Translations under genes and position numbers: made by a program | Shown here: positions 50,217 through 60,593 of the stretch, one piece after another | Numbering within the stretch: the stretch's first letter is position 1 | Layout: each line of letters starts with the position of its first letter | Source of the DNA: a bacterium | GTDB taxonomy: Bacteria > Armatimonadota > Zipacnadia > Zipacnadales > Zipacnadaceae | Length of the DNA: 64,000 nucleotides | Assembly: GCA_030603495.1 (NCBI GenBank) | Contig: JAUVXR010000010.1 | Location: 5,499-69,498, forward strand | Direction: 5' to 3' | Notes under the pieces: generated by a model | Database searches by the model: none | What the model saw: only the letters and a program-made list of their open reading frames with translations | What the model was told of the DNA's origin: nothing

Positions 50217-51992
50217 TCAATCGGCCAGCGATGAGGCCAACCAGCGCAGGCTCTCCCCTTCCAGACTGGCGAGCTCCTGGGCGGCTTCAACTGCGTTGCG
50301 CCACGGCTCTGTGCGGTCCGCGGGGAGGGCCTCACCGCCCTCTTCCCCAGCCTCCGTTGGCATCTGCGCCAGCGACTCTCCCAGGCTTTCCCAGCGGTTA
50401 GCGATCTGCTGATAACGGTCGCTGGCCCCCAGGAGGACGGTCTGATCCCTGCCCCGAGATTCGGCCGCTAGGTCGGCAAAAAAGCGGGCAGCAGCCCGAC
50501 GCGTGCTGATGATCAGGGGGACTGCCTGTGTAGCCCAGGACTTGATCTTCTCCCCCTGCTCGAGATCGTCGTCTGCGGCGGCCTGGGCCAACACCTCCAG
50601 CAAGGCCCAATGAGCGGCAGCCCCCGCCGGTTGCCGCATGAGCTCTGTCTGGTCCCAGGCCAGGCTAGCCTGGATGACCACCGACTTCATATTGGCGACC
50701 AGATCAGGTTGAGTCTGCTGCTGGGTAAGAGCAAACTGGAATCCCGCGATACTACCTTGCGGCCACAAGACGGGTACTTCGCTGGCTTCCCACACCCGGA
50801 GGAATTCATCCGCCGATAGCTTCACAGCCTGCTGGGCACCCGGGCTGAGTAGATGGAGCTCCTTCTCTGCCGGCCGATGGCCAGTAATCAGGCACCATCG
50901 GGCGTTAGGCCGACCGTATATGACCAGCAAAGGCCGGTTGTTCATCAGGCAGCCAGTGGCGGTGTCGAGCACGCTCGCACCGCCAGCAGAAGTTCGCAGG
51001 TCATAAGCGAAACCCATCTGGTCACTAATCGCTGCCGCGGGATTGCGGTAGAAGGTCTGGACCAGACTGGGGCGCTCGGCGGCAAAGGTAAAGGTGAAGG
51101 GCAGGCCGGAGCTGACGACGAGCTGGTCCATGGAAACTTCCGTCCCAGCCTGACGAAGCAAGGAGCGCAGGGCCGCTAGCAACTCCATTGCCGGCGCACC
51201 GGGAAATTCGTCAATTGGCGGGACGTTCTCCAGCACACGGGCCTGCTCGCGCAGTCGTTCCAATCGTGCCTTCTCGGTCTCCGTTTTTTCGTCGTAGTAG
51301 GCCCAGCCAACGGCCTGCCGGGCGGCAGCCGCCGCCTCAGTATCCGGGTATTGTTCCACTACTTTTACGTACAGGGCCAGGCTCTCCTCGCGATCCTCAG
51401 TGGTTTTGCGCATGATATTAGCCTGCATCAGCAGCGCTTGTGCGGCAATGCTGGGACGATCGCTGAACTCTTCGCTGACCCGCGCATACCACTCCTGGGC
51501 ATCAGCCAGCCGCTCGGCCTCCATGTAAGCACGCGCCACCTCCAGATGCACCCGGCCCCGCAGCTCTTGATACGTCGGGAAGCGCTGGTCAATCTCTCGA
51601 CACGTCGCTGCTGCCATGTCTGGGTCGCGTAGGTGCCGCCGCTGTAGATACACGATCCAGAATAGCGCGTCATCCACGTAGTTGCTACCCCGATACTCGT
51701 CCGCGAGGCGGCGGTAGTATCTAAGGGCCCCCGAGGGATTATCAAGCTCTTCGCGGTACAGATAGGCGAGCTTGTACAAGGCGTCGTCGGCCAGCGGATC
51801 GCCGGCTGCCTCCTGCACGATCCGCGCATACTCCCGCGCCGCCAGCTCGTACTCACCCTGCCTGAAGAAAGCCTCGGCGCGGCGATACAATCGCTGGGAC
51901 TTGGTGGAACAGCCAGCCACCACCAGCACCACGGCGAGCACTGCTATCGCCCAGACCGGCCCTACAGACTTAGCAGAACCTGAGGGTCTCAC
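50217..51992 (-). CDS. TPR-containing lipoprotein with an uncharacterised C-terminal domain
   Basis: Lipobox 'VAGCS'. N-terminal TPR/YbgF-like helical repeats. I recognise nothing in the ~300-aa C-terminal region. Confidence 0.6.
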   Translation of the reverse strand: MRPSGSAKSVGPVWAIAVLAVVLVVAGCSTKSQRLYRRAEAFFRQGEYELAAREYARIVQEAAGDPLADDALYKLAYLYREELDNPSGALRYYRRLADEYRGSNYVDDALFWIVYLQRRHLRDPDMAAATCREIDQRFPTYQELRGRVHLEVARAYMEAERLADAQEWYARVSEEFSDRPSIAAQALLMQANIMRKTTEDREESLALYVKVVEQYPDTEAAAAARQAVGWAYYDEKTETEKARLERLREQARVLENVPPIDEFPGAPAMELLAALRSLLRQAGTEVSMDQLVVSSGLPFTFTFAAERPSLVQTFYRNPAAAISDQMGFAYDLRTSAGGASVLDTATGCLMNNRPLLVIYGRPNARWCLITGHRPAEKELHLLSPGAQQAVKLSADEFLRVWEASEVPVLWPQGSIAGFQFALTQQQTQPDLVANMKSVVIQASLAWDQTELMRQPAGAAAHWALLEVLAQAAADDDLEQGEKIKSWATQAVPLIISTRRAAARFFADLAAESRGRDQTVLLGASDRYQQIANRWESLGESLAQMPTEAGEEGGEALPADRTEPWRNAVEAAQELASLEGESLRWLASSLAD

Positions 51993-52828
51993 AGATTTAC
52001 GGCCTCTTCCAGCACCAGCATTACTGACATTAGTTTCTCCCGCCTTGGGCCAGCCGCGTCTTCCGCCGCGTGGCGCACTATTTCGATCAGCCCTTGAGCT
52101 GCGATCCGCTCCTTGACGAACCGTAGATGGCCCGTCTCGTACAGACTCCTGGCGTTGGTAATCTCCTCCAAGACCAGCCCGAGGCGCTGGTAGGCCTCTG
52201 CTTGAACGGCTTGCGCGTCTTCCGGATCAAGCAAGCTCAGATAAGCCTCCTGTACCGCCGCCGGCAATTCCATCTGCGCAATACGCTGCTGAAGCATCTC
52301 GAACTGCAACTGAGGGCTGCGGCGGTTCAGTGCTCCGTGGTACAGTGCCGAACTGATACCGACCAGTACGGCCACCGCTACTATACTCAGAGCCAAAGCC
52401 ACCCGCCGCGCGCCGCGCCGGCGCCCCGCCGCCCCGGCGAGAACCGGGGACATGCGATCGCCCGCCGCAACCAGGTATTCCACAAGGTCCGGCGGCGCCG
52501 CCGAGAGTTCTTCCTGCTCTCGACGCGAGGCGATGCCAGCCATAGCCTGACGCACCTGCTGCGGATCGGCGATTCTTGCCATTACGCGTCCCAGCACAGA
52601 TTCCGCCTCTGTAGGCAGGTCGCGATCGAAGCGCCACCGGCCCAGTGACGCCAGTAGACGCCGCCACGTCTCGATCACCGCCGCTCGGGCCAACACTTCA
52701 TTGTCCAGCGCGGTCAACGCGAGCGTGTACAACTCGTCGGCCAGTTGATATGCCACGGCGCGCAGTGCGTCAGCATCACCAGCGCGGCAGCGGCGCAGTA
52801 TCTTGTCCTGAACTCCGTTCTCGCTCAT
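51989..52828 (-). CDS. Membrane-anchored protein with an N-terminal sigma-70 region-2-like segment (anti-sigma / sigma-associated regulator candidate)
   Basis: 'ILRRCRAGDADALRAVAYQLADELYTLA' resembles ECF sigma region 2 and anti-sigma N-terminal domains. There is a single TM helix ('VALALSIVAVAVLVGISSAL'), then an extracytoplasmic helical domain. Confidence 0.45.
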   Translation of the reverse strand: MSENGVQDKILRRCRAGDADALRAVAYQLADELYTLALTALDNEVLARAAVIETWRRLLASLGRWRFDRDLPTEAESVLGRVMARIADPQQVRQAMAGIASRREQEELSAAPPDLVEYLVAAGDRMSPVLAGAAGRRRGARRVALALSIVAVAVLVGISSALYHGALNRRSPQLQFEMLQQRIAQMELPAAVQEAYLSLLDPEDAQAVQAEAYQRLGLVLEEITNARSLYETGHLRFVKERIAAQGLIEIVRHAAEDAAGPRREKLMSVMLVLEEAVNL

Positions 52829-52832
52829 GAAC

Positions 52833-53504
52833 CTACGGCTCCTCGCCGCCGAACAACTCGTCACTAAGCCCAGTATTGATCTCGTAGTCCGTGAAGGTAA
52901 CTGTAACTGTGCCCGGACCCGCCTGGCCCAGTATACCCCCGCTAATCTCACACTTGACTTCGGCAGGCATCCAGAACCTATCGTTGACCTTCACGTACTT
53001 CCAGTATACCGTCAACAGGCGGTTCATGCCAGCCCATACCTCACTGCGCGTCAGCGTCCAGCGTTCGCCCGTGACCCAGAGCAGGAGCCGATGACGTCTG
53101 TCCATGTTCGCCGGCATGAACTTCAGACAGTAGACTGGCCGGGGGCCATCCCGCCGGACTCCAACTGTTATCACTTGCCCCGCTTCGGCCATATGCTTCT
53201 TGAGATTCCCCAGCAGCAGGACATCCCGCGGCAGGACCACCAGGCTGGTTGATTCGATCTTCACTTTGTCGGGCCGTTTAACGTAGACGGTGAAACTGCG
53301 CTCGGGCATGTCGAAACCAGGCAGATCCGTCACGACCCGGGTTTGTACGGTGAAGTCCTCGACCTCGTCGTGCAGCTCCAGTGCCCGCTCCAGTATCTCA
53401 GCAGGCGGAGGATCCGCAGCAAACGCCGCCGGTCCTATGACCAGGCACGCACCAATGACGACCTGAGCAATTCCGCTCACCCACCGCATTCTAACACAGC
53501 ACAT
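52833..53504 (-). CDS. Secreted LolA-like / outer-membrane-lipoprotein-sorting-fold protein (tentative)
   Basis: A signal peptide, ~200 aa, beta-rich with a LolA/DUF4367-like pattern. It is adjacent to, and overlaps, the ABC permease gene. Confidence 0.45.
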   Translation of the reverse strand: MCCVRMRWVSGIAQVVIGACLVIGPAAFAADPPPAEILERALELHDEVEDFTVQTRVVTDLPGFDMPERSFTVYVKRPDKVKIESTSLVVLPRDVLLLGNLKKHMAEAGQVITVGVRRDGPRPVYCLKFMPANMDRRHRLLLWVTGERWTLTRSEVWAGMNRLLTVYWKYVKVNDRFWMPAEVKCEISGGILGQAGPGTVTVTFTDYEINTGLSDELFGGEEP

Positions 53505-54339
53505 CCTTCCGCTGAAATATGATCATGGCCAGGACCGCCGGCACCACGATATAGCCCGCCAGGTAGCTGAGCGAGCTGCGCACTGCTACCCAGTCAACAA
53601 CCCCGGCGAAAGCTTCGCGGTAGACCGAAATGTGTTCGGTTACCAGGTACGGCTGCAACCAGACGAAATAAGGCATCAGTTGCAGCGCCTGAAATACGAG
53701 CAGTATGGCTACGGTCACCCCCGCAGCCGTCAGCGGGTTGTCGCAGACAACCGACAGTAGTAGCGCCAGCGAGGCAATCGCCATCATCGCTACCGCCCCC
53801 AGCCCATAGCCCAGGGCTAGCCGGACTAGCGCCTGCGGCTCAGCCAAAACGCCCAACGACGAGCCTTGAAAGTCCATGACGACCAGGTCGCCGCGCCCGA
53901 AGACGAGATACCCAACCAGGGCACCGAATAGGCCCAGGAATAGCACCAGACTGGCGGCGTGCAGCCAGCCGGCAAACAGTTTCCCGGCCAGCAGGCGCGT
54001 GCGCGGCACCGGCCGGGTTATCACTGTACGCAAGGTCCCGGCACGCTTCTCTCCCGCTACCAGGCCGCTGGCCACGGTGGCGACCAGCAAGGGAATGAGC
54101 AAGTACAAGGCCAGGGGGAGCGTGAGCAACACAAAGGGAAGAAATGGCCCGGTGAGCAGCTTGCCGCCGACAATGAACTGGTCCCCGACGGCTCGCCGGA
54201 GATCGTCGGGCGGCCCGTGACGCCAGATTCCCCAGACGAATAGCCCGACTAACACCGCCAGCACCACGTAGCCGACATAGGTCCCGCGCTGGGCGAATAG
54301 CTTGCGCAGCTCAATTGCTATCGTCGTGCGCAGTCTCAT
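53491..54339 (-). CDS. ABC-2 type transporter permease
   Basis: A six-TM hydrophobic 282-aa protein. It overlaps the ATPase gene. Confidence 0.7.
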   Translation of the reverse strand: MRLRTTIAIELRKLFAQRGTYVGYVVLAVLVGLFVWGIWRHGPPDDLRRAVGDQFIVGGKLLTGPFLPFVLLTLPLALYLLIPLLVATVASGLVAGEKRAGTLRTVITRPVPRTRLLAGKLFAGWLHAASLVLFLGLFGALVGYLVFGRGDLVVMDFQGSSLGVLAEPQALVRLALGYGLGAVAMMAIASLALLLSVVCDNPLTAAGVTVAILLVFQALQLMPYFVWLQPYLVTEHISVYREAFAGVVDWVAVRSSLSYLAGYIVVPAVLAMIIFQRKDVLC

Positions 54340-55249
54340 TATCCTCCGTCAGCCGCATATACAGTTCCTCAAGGGTCTCGCGATAGGGTATCAGCCCAAA
54401 GACGCGCAGGTCTTCCGACACCAGCATCTTGTTGATGTCGGCTACCGCATCCGGCGCGCAGTAAAGCTCGACCGTCTTGGCTTTGGCCTCTACCCGCTCG
54501 GCGCCATGGTAACCCGACAGCAGCCGCCCCGCCAGGTGGGGGTTGTTGGTGTAGATCTCCACGCGGATCTGCTCGGCCCCTAGTAGCTCCTCCACCGGCC
54601 CGTCGGCTACTACCTGGCCGCTGACGATGACCGCCACGTGCGTGCAAAGCTGCTCGACCTCGTAGAGCAGGTGACTGGACAAGAAGATGGTCACACCCCG
54701 CTTCTCACTCAGACGCTGCAGCAGCTCTCGCACCTCCACCAGCCCGCGCGGGTCCAGACCCGAGGCTGGCTCGTCGAGGATGAGCAGCTCGGGCTCCGGC
54801 AGCAGCGCTTGGGCCAGGTACAGCCGCCGGCGCATGCCGTGCGAATAGGTGCCGACCTTGTCGTGCTGCCGGCTACTGAGGCCGACGAGCTCCAGAGCTT
54901 CGGAGATAGCCTGCGCCGAGGTGCCGCCGGACAGGGCCGCGAGCAGCTTGAGGTTCTTCCGACCGGACAGGTACTCGTAAAGCGCCGGCTCCTCGACCAC
55001 CGCGCCGACCACTGGGCCGCCGCCCCGCCGCAGTGCGCTGACCGGTGCCCCGAACAACCGCGCCCGGCCCCGGGTCGGCCGCACCAGGCCGGTGAGCACG
55101 CGGATAGCCGTGCTCTTGCCGGCGCCGTTAGGCCCGAGCAGCCCGTAGACCTGGCCGCGCTCGACGCGCAGGTCCACCTCGCGCAGCGCCCACGTCCGCC
55201 CGTAGCGCTTGCTGAGTCCTTCGGTTTCGATAATAGCGTCGCCGCTCAA
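54311..55249 (-). CDS. ABC transporter ATP-binding protein
   Basis: Walker A 'GPNGAGKST', signature 'LSGGM'-like 'YSHGMRRRL', and Walker B 'ILDEP'. Confidence 0.9.
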   Translation of the reverse strand: MSGDAIIETEGLSKRYGRTWALREVDLRVERGQVYGLLGPNGAGKSTAIRVLTGLVRPTRGRARLFGAPVSALRRGGGPVVGAVVEEPALYEYLSGRKNLKLLAALSGGTSAQAISEALELVGLSSRQHDKVGTYSHGMRRRLYLAQALLPEPELLILDEPASGLDPRGLVEVRELLQRLSEKRGVTIFLSSHLLYEVEQLCTHVAVIVSGQVVADGPVEELLGAEQIRVEIYTNNPHLAGRLLSGYHGAERVEAKAKTVELYCAPDAVADINKMLVSEDLRVFGLIPYRETLEELYMRLTEDNETAHDDSN

Positions 55250-55405
55250 CTTTGGCGTCTCCGGTGTCTAATGAAGTAAGGATATGATACCACAATCCAA
55301 GCCAGTACGTCCATGATAGCGCACCGGGAGGCAGGGCAGGTCTGCTTCTCACTTACGGCGAAGGTATTTCTAAGAGGACTGTAGGTTGACTTTTGACGGC
55401 GAAGG

Positions 55406-57256
55406 TTGGAGAGCAAGAATATGTCAGTTGTGATGGAGTGGCTCAAGATATGGGATGCATTGATCGTTGGCCTTCTCGCTATAGCAGTCATGATAGTACT
55501 GCACCTGTTGCGACGGACGAGGGTGCCCGAGGTTCTTCGTGAAGAAGGGGCGCTAACTCGAGCGGCAATCGCCAAGTTCGCGGATGGTCTGGCGCAGCAC
55601 CCCGAGAAGATGACGTCGACCCTTCCTGAACGGTCGGCTTTGCCCCCGGTCATCGCCGAGGTGGCGGATAGCGCATTGACCAGTCTCACCCAGAGTGCCC
55701 AGATGATTGCAGGCGGGGACCTAGAGGCCGCCGACCAGAGCACCACTGAAGTCATGGGGGAGCTTGAGGAGACCTTCGAGACCTGGGTTGTCGAGGCGGG
55801 CGACGAGCCAGGGGACGACATCAGGGATGTCATCACTGGGTTGCTAGGAGGTGCTTATCTGCAACGGGGGACAATTGCCTTCGAGCGGGAAGACTACGAG
55901 ACTGCGGTGGACATGTATAAAAGGGCCTACGGTTATGCCCAGGCCGGCCAAAATGCGCCAAACATGGCCCAGACGCTTCACCAAATCGGCGTCGCTTACG
56001 GGTTTGCGGGCAACCACGAGAAAGCGGAGACGTTCTTCCGCCGGGCTGCACACATCCAGCCCACTGCTCAGGCCTACAACAACCTGGGCGTGGCGCTCGC
56101 AGGACAAGGCGATATCGAAGCAGCTATCGAGGAGTATCGCGAAGCCCTGCGCCTCAATCCCGACTACGCCGAGGCCCACTACAACCTGGGCGTAGCACTG
56201 AGCCAGCAGGGCGAAATCGAAGAGGCCATCGCTGAGTACCGCAAAGCCTTGCGGATTAATCCTGACTCCGCCGAGGCCCACTGTAACCTGGGCGAGGCGC
56301 TGGGCCAGCAGGGCAAGACCGATGAGGCAATTGCCGAGTATCGCGAAGCCCTGCGTATCAACCCTGACTATGCCGATGTCCACAACAATCTGGGCGTGGC
56401 GCTGCGCCAGCAGGGCAAGACCGACGAGACCATCGCCGCGTTTCGCCAGGCAATTGCGCTTAACCCCAACTACGTCGAGGCGCACAGCAGCTTGGGTAAC
56501 TTCCTAACAGAATGCGGCAAGATCCAAGAGGCTATCCTTGAGCACCGGGAAGCGCTGCGTATCAATCCTGACGACGCGGATGCCCACTATAGCCTAGGGC
56601 TTACGTTATGGCAGCACGGTGATATTGAAGACGCAATCACCGAATACCGTGAAGCGCTACAACTGGATCCCAACCACAGCAAGGCGCACAACAACTTGGG
56701 CGCAGCACTATTGCAGCAAGGGAACCTCAAAGAGGCTATCGGGGCGTTTCGTGCGGCATTGCGCATAGATCCTGACTGGGCCGACGTCCGCACAAACCTC
56801 AGAGTTGCCCTCGTAGACCAGGGCAATCTCCTCGCAGAAGAGGGGGATACTAAGGCAGCTATTGAGGCGTATCGGGAAGCCTTGCGCATCAGTCCCGACT
56901 TCGCCGTGGCGCACTATAACTTGGGCACGGTGCTGGACCGAGAGGGCAAGACCGACGAGGCCATTGCTGAGTATCGAAAGGCCATTATGCTCAACCCTGA
57001 CTATTCCGAGGCCCATAACAATCTCGGCAATCGGCTAAGAGAGCAGGGCAATATCGACGAGGCCGTAGCTGAATATCGGAAAGCCTTGCGCATTACTCCC
57101 GACGACGGCCACACCCATTGGAATCTGGCGGTGGCATTGTGCGGACAGGAACAGTTCGCCGAAGCCAAGGTTGAGGCCGACACGGCGTTGCGACTAGACC
57201 CTAGTAACGAGCAGGCCCAGGGGATGATTGAAGAGCTGACGGAGAAGGGCTATTGA
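55406..57256 (+). CDS. TPR-repeat protein (about 13 tandem 34-aa TPRs) with an N-terminal TM anchor
   Basis: Highly regular 'AEAHYNLGVAL.QQG..EEAIAEYREALRINPDYAEAH' repeats. The 55246-55836 minus-strand ORF is antisense and spurious. Confidence 0.85.
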   Translation: MESKNMSVVMEWLKIWDALIVGLLAIAVMIVLHLLRRTRVPEVLREEGALTRAAIAKFADGLAQHPEKMTSTLPERSALPPVIAEVADSALTSLTQSAQMIAGGDLEAADQSTTEVMGELEETFETWVVEAGDEPGDDIRDVITGLLGGAYLQRGTIAFEREDYETAVDMYKRAYGYAQAGQNAPNMAQTLHQIGVAYGFAGNHEKAETFFRRAAHIQPTAQAYNNLGVALAGQGDIEAAIEEYREALRLNPDYAEAHYNLGVALSQQGEIEEAIAEYRKALRINPDSAEAHCNLGEALGQQGKTDEAIAEYREALRINPDYADVHNNLGVALRQQGKTDETIAAFRQAIALNPNYVEAHSSLGNFLTECGKIQEAILEHREALRINPDDADAHYSLGLTLWQHGDIEDAITEYREALQLDPNHSKAHNNLGAALLQQGNLKEAIGAFRAALRIDPDWADVRTNLRVALVDQGNLLAEEGDTKAAIEAYREALRISPDFAVAHYNLGTVLDREGKTDEAIAEYRKAIMLNPDYSEAHNNLGNRLREQGNIDEAVAEYRKALRITPDDGHTHWNLAVALCGQEQFAEAKVEADTALRLDPSNEQAQGMIEELTEKGY

Positions 57257-57291
57257 CGCGTCGGTGTGACACGACAGGAGGGTGATACGCT

Positions 57292-58422
57292 ATGCTTAGT
57301 AAGGGGCAGTTGAGTCGCTACCAGTCAGTGCTGCTGGCGCTGATGCTGCTCATTTTACTGCCCTGGGCCAGTTGGGGGCAGATGATCAGCCGGGAGCAGG
57401 CGATGCTGGCCGCAAGGCAACTCAGTGCCGCCTTCGCCATGGTGGCCAAGCAAGTCAAGCCCGCCGTGGTGAATATCTCTACCACTACCGTAATACCCGG
57501 GCGGCAGTCGCCGTTCTCGTCCGTGTTTCCGGAGTTTGGCTGGCTCTTCCGTGTGCCCGAGCGCGAGAAGACCAGCCTGGGCTCGGGCTTCCTGCTCTCG
57601 CCCAGTGGCCACGTCGTGACGAACCACCACGTCATCCAGGGCGCGCAGCAGATCAAGGTGAAACTCGCCGACGGACGGGAGTTCACCGCCCAGCTCAAGG
57701 CCACTGATGCCGTGACCGACCTGGCGGTGATTAAGGTGCCCGCGCAGGGTCTCCCCTACCTTACGTGGGGCAACTCGGATCTGCTTCAGGTAGGCGAGTG
57801 GGTACTGGCCATCGGCTCGCCGCTGGGGCTGAGCCAGACGGTTACCGCGGGAATCGTCAGCGCCACGGGGCGCAGCGGGCTGGGACTGACCAGCTACGAA
57901 GATTTCATCCAGACCGACGCTGCCGTCAACCCGGGCAACAGCGGCGGGCCGCTGGTCAACCTGGAGGGGAAGGTCGTGGGCATCAATACGGCTATTGCCT
58001 CAAGGAGCGGCGGGAGTGAGGGGATCAGCTTTGCCGTGCCCAGCAATATCGCCCAACCCGTCTGTCGCCAGCTCATCGCGCAGGGCAGCGTCACCCGGGG
58101 ATGGCTGGGTATTATTCCCCGGGATCTCACCGCCCAGACCATCCAGCGGTTCGCCCTGAGCATAGACGAGGGGGTACTGGTCTATCAACTGTACCGCAAT
58201 AGCCCAGCCTTCGAGGCCAGCATTGCCCCGGGCGAGGTGTTGACCGCCTGGAATGGCCAGCCGCTCAGCGACAGCAATGCTCTGGCTAAACTGGTAGCTA
58301 ACAGCCCGCCCAACACACTGGTGCAGGTTACCATCTGGTCCAACGGCGAAACGCGGACCGTGCCCATGAGACTGGGGCGGCGGCCGCAACCACGGGAGGG
58401 TAGAAGCATAGACGGCATATGA
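57292..58422 (+). CDS. HtrA/DegP-family periplasmic serine protease (trypsin domain + PDZ)
   Basis: The 'VVTNHHVI' His, the 'GNSGGPLVN' Ser motif and a C-terminal PDZ. Confidence 0.85.
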   Translation: MLSKGQLSRYQSVLLALMLLILLPWASWGQMISREQAMLAARQLSAAFAMVAKQVKPAVVNISTTTVIPGRQSPFSSVFPEFGWLFRVPEREKTSLGSGFLLSPSGHVVTNHHVIQGAQQIKVKLADGREFTAQLKATDAVTDLAVIKVPAQGLPYLTWGNSDLLQVGEWVLAIGSPLGLSQTVTAGIVSATGRSGLGLTSYEDFIQTDAAVNPGNSGGPLVNLEGKVVGINTAIASRSGGSEGISFAVPSNIAQPVCRQLIAQGSVTRGWLGIIPRDLTAQTIQRFALSIDEGVLVYQLYRNSPAFEASIAPGEVLTAWNGQPLSDSNALAKLVANSPPNTLVQVTIWSNGETRTVPMRLGRRPQPREGRSIDGI

Positions 58423-59330
58423 TCAAGGCTTACTGGGCCAAATTTGCCGGTAGTGTAGCCTTTTGGGGACGGGTTATTGGGCGGGCCGGGCGCCATTATA
58501 ACCAACTGCACTCGGGGATGCTGGCGGCGGCCATCGCGTACTATGCCCTGGTCTGTCTGGCGCCGCTGGCGCTGCTGAGCGTGGTGGCGCTGCAGGCATG
58601 GTCGGGATCAGCCGAGGTGGCCAACGAGTACCTGCAGCAGTTGGTCGGCGCGATATTCCCCGAGCCCGGTGAAATCCTGAAGTTGCTCGGTCAGGGGCTG
58701 CACCAGCCCGGTGCACGAGCCATCCTTGGCGGAGCCGTGGGCCTCATAGCGCTGGCCTGGGCAACTCTGCGCCTGTTTGAGGCGGTGGAACGGGGTCTGA
58801 CCGTGATATGGGCCCAGCAGCCCCGGCGCCATATTGCCATTCGCAAGCTGATCGCAATGGCCACGCTAGTCGGTGTGGGAGTAATAGGCGCAACCTTCAT
58901 CCTGACCATGACACTGTCGGCGTGGCTGCGGCGGATGGTCGAACAGACCGACGCAGGTAGCGAGTTCCTGGCGCGCTTGCCCTGGCCCTCAGGCCACACC
59001 GGCACCGTCACCGCTTTCATACTGTCAGTGCTTGCCCTGTTCGTGGCCTACAAATTGCTACCAGAGGGCTGGGTATCGAACCGGGCCGCGGCACTGGCCG
59101 CCCTCTCGACGGCCGTGCTGGTGCAAGTGGCCGGCAGGCTATTCAATTTCACCATCGTGGGCGTCGTCTACCTGAGCATGGTCTACGGCACCCTGACCTG
59201 GGTGATCATCTTCCTGCTGTGGGCGTACTTTGGCGCAGCCATCCTGCTGTTCGGAGCGCACCTGGGCTGGGCCTATGATACGCAACACGCGAAAAACTCG
59301 GTGTCCACCGAAGCTGATGCTTCTTCGTAG
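58419..59330 (+). CDS. YihY/BrkB-family membrane protein
   Basis: 'LAAAIAYYALVCLAPLALL' N-terminal signature and six TM helices. It has a 4-nt overlap with the htrA-like gene. Confidence 0.8.
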   Translation: MIKAYWAKFAGSVAFWGRVIGRAGRHYNQLHSGMLAAAIAYYALVCLAPLALLSVVALQAWSGSAEVANEYLQQLVGAIFPEPGEILKLLGQGLHQPGARAILGGAVGLIALAWATLRLFEAVERGLTVIWAQQPRRHIAIRKLIAMATLVGVGVIGATFILTMTLSAWLRRMVEQTDAGSEFLARLPWPSGHTGTVTAFILSVLALFVAYKLLPEGWVSNRAAALAALSTAVLVQVAGRLFNFTIVGVVYLSMVYGTLTWVIIFLLWAYFGAAILLFGAHLGWAYDTQHAKNSVSTEADASS

Positions 59331-59550
59331 CTCGTCGCCAGGCCAGATAGGAGGATTTCGACAGCTTTCAGCGAATAAGATACTTGCGGATGAGGCGCTG
59401 ACGGATGTGCACGGACCCAGGGAGTGAGGTGAACCGCAATGGTTAGTAATCTTCCTCAGAAAGCTACCGCCATCTTAGCTTACACTTGCGGTAGCCGCCG
59501 CCCCTCTACGAGCCGCAGCCCTCGGATGAACACAAGCAGGAGGACACTGA

Positions 59551-60591
59551 ATGAGTGAACTTCGCAAGGACCCGATAGTTGACCGCTGGATAATTATCGC
59601 TGCCGAGCGGGGGCGGCGGCCCTTCGATTTCAAGACCGAGCCGGAGCCACCCAGCTCGGAAGGCTGTCCGTTCTGTGAAGGCAACGAGCAGACTACCCCA
59701 CCGGAGGTATTCGCCCTACGCGACGGCGGCCCGCCCAACAGCCCGGGATGGCGAGTACGGGTTGTGCCCAACAAGTTTCCCGCCCTGGCCATCGAGGGGG
59801 AACTGGTCCGCTCCGGGATAGGCCGGCTGGACCGCATGACGGGCGTAGGCGCCCACGAGGTGATAATCGAGAGTCCGCAGCACGCCGACGATCTGCCAAC
59901 GTTGCCCGCGGACCACATCGTTGATGTTCTGTCCACCTACGCCCAGCGCACCTGTGATCTGCACCGCGATGAGCGCTTCCGGTACACAATCGTATTCCGT
60001 AATTACAAAGCCGAGGCGGGAGCCTCGTTAAGTCATCCCCACTCCCAGCTTATCGCCTTGCCGTTCATCCCCGAGCTAATGAAGGAGAAACTAGACAGCG
60101 CCCGCGAGCACTACCAGCGCAAGGAACGCTGCATATTCTGCGACCTGCTCGAGCAGGAGCTGGAGTTGTCGGACCGCATCATATACCGTAACGAGCATTT
60201 TGTGATCCTCTCGCCGTTTGCCGCCCGCTTTCCGTTCTCGGTGGAGATCTATCCGCTTGAGCACTGTCACGACTTCGTGGCGATGGACTCGACCCAGCAG
60301 TACGACTTAGCCGACGCGCTCCAATACGTGCTGAATCAGTACAAGACCACACTGTCTAATCCGCCATACAATATGACCCTGCAGGCAGCCCCCAACACCA
60401 TACCACGCCCAGGTCATCCCGACTACTGGGGAACGATTGCCTACGACTACCACTGGCATCTGGAGATATTCCCGCGACTGACGAAGATGGCAGGGTTTGA
60501 ATGGGGCACCGGCTGCTACATCAACCCGGTATCTCCCGAGGATGCTGCACAGCATTTGAGCACCAACTCTCAGTCACTCGAGGCAGATTGA
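59551..60591 (+). CDS. Galactose-1-phosphate uridylyltransferase family (HIT-like, GalT type) protein
   Basis: 'CPFCEGNE' zinc motif and 'HPHSQL' HIT-like active-site histidines. Confidence 0.8.
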   Translation: MSELRKDPIVDRWIIIAAERGRRPFDFKTEPEPPSSEGCPFCEGNEQTTPPEVFALRDGGPPNSPGWRVRVVPNKFPALAIEGELVRSGIGRLDRMTGVGAHEVIIESPQHADDLPTLPADHIVDVLSTYAQRTCDLHRDERFRYTIVFRNYKAEAGASLSHPHSQLIALPFIPELMKEKLDSAREHYQRKERCIFCDLLEQELELSDRIIYRNEHFVILSPFAARFPFSVEIYPLEHCHDFVAMDSTQQYDLADALQYVLNQYKTTLSNPPYNMTLQAAPNTIPRPGHPDYWGTIAYDYHWHLEIFPRLTKMAGFEWGTGCYINPVSPEDAAQHLSTNSQSLEAD

Positions 60592-60593
60592 CC

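Noticed and set aside
55246-55836. 196-aa Ser-rich minus-strand ORF
   Set aside because: It is antisense to the N-terminus of the clear TPR protein (55406-57256), has low-complexity composition, and belongs to no family.
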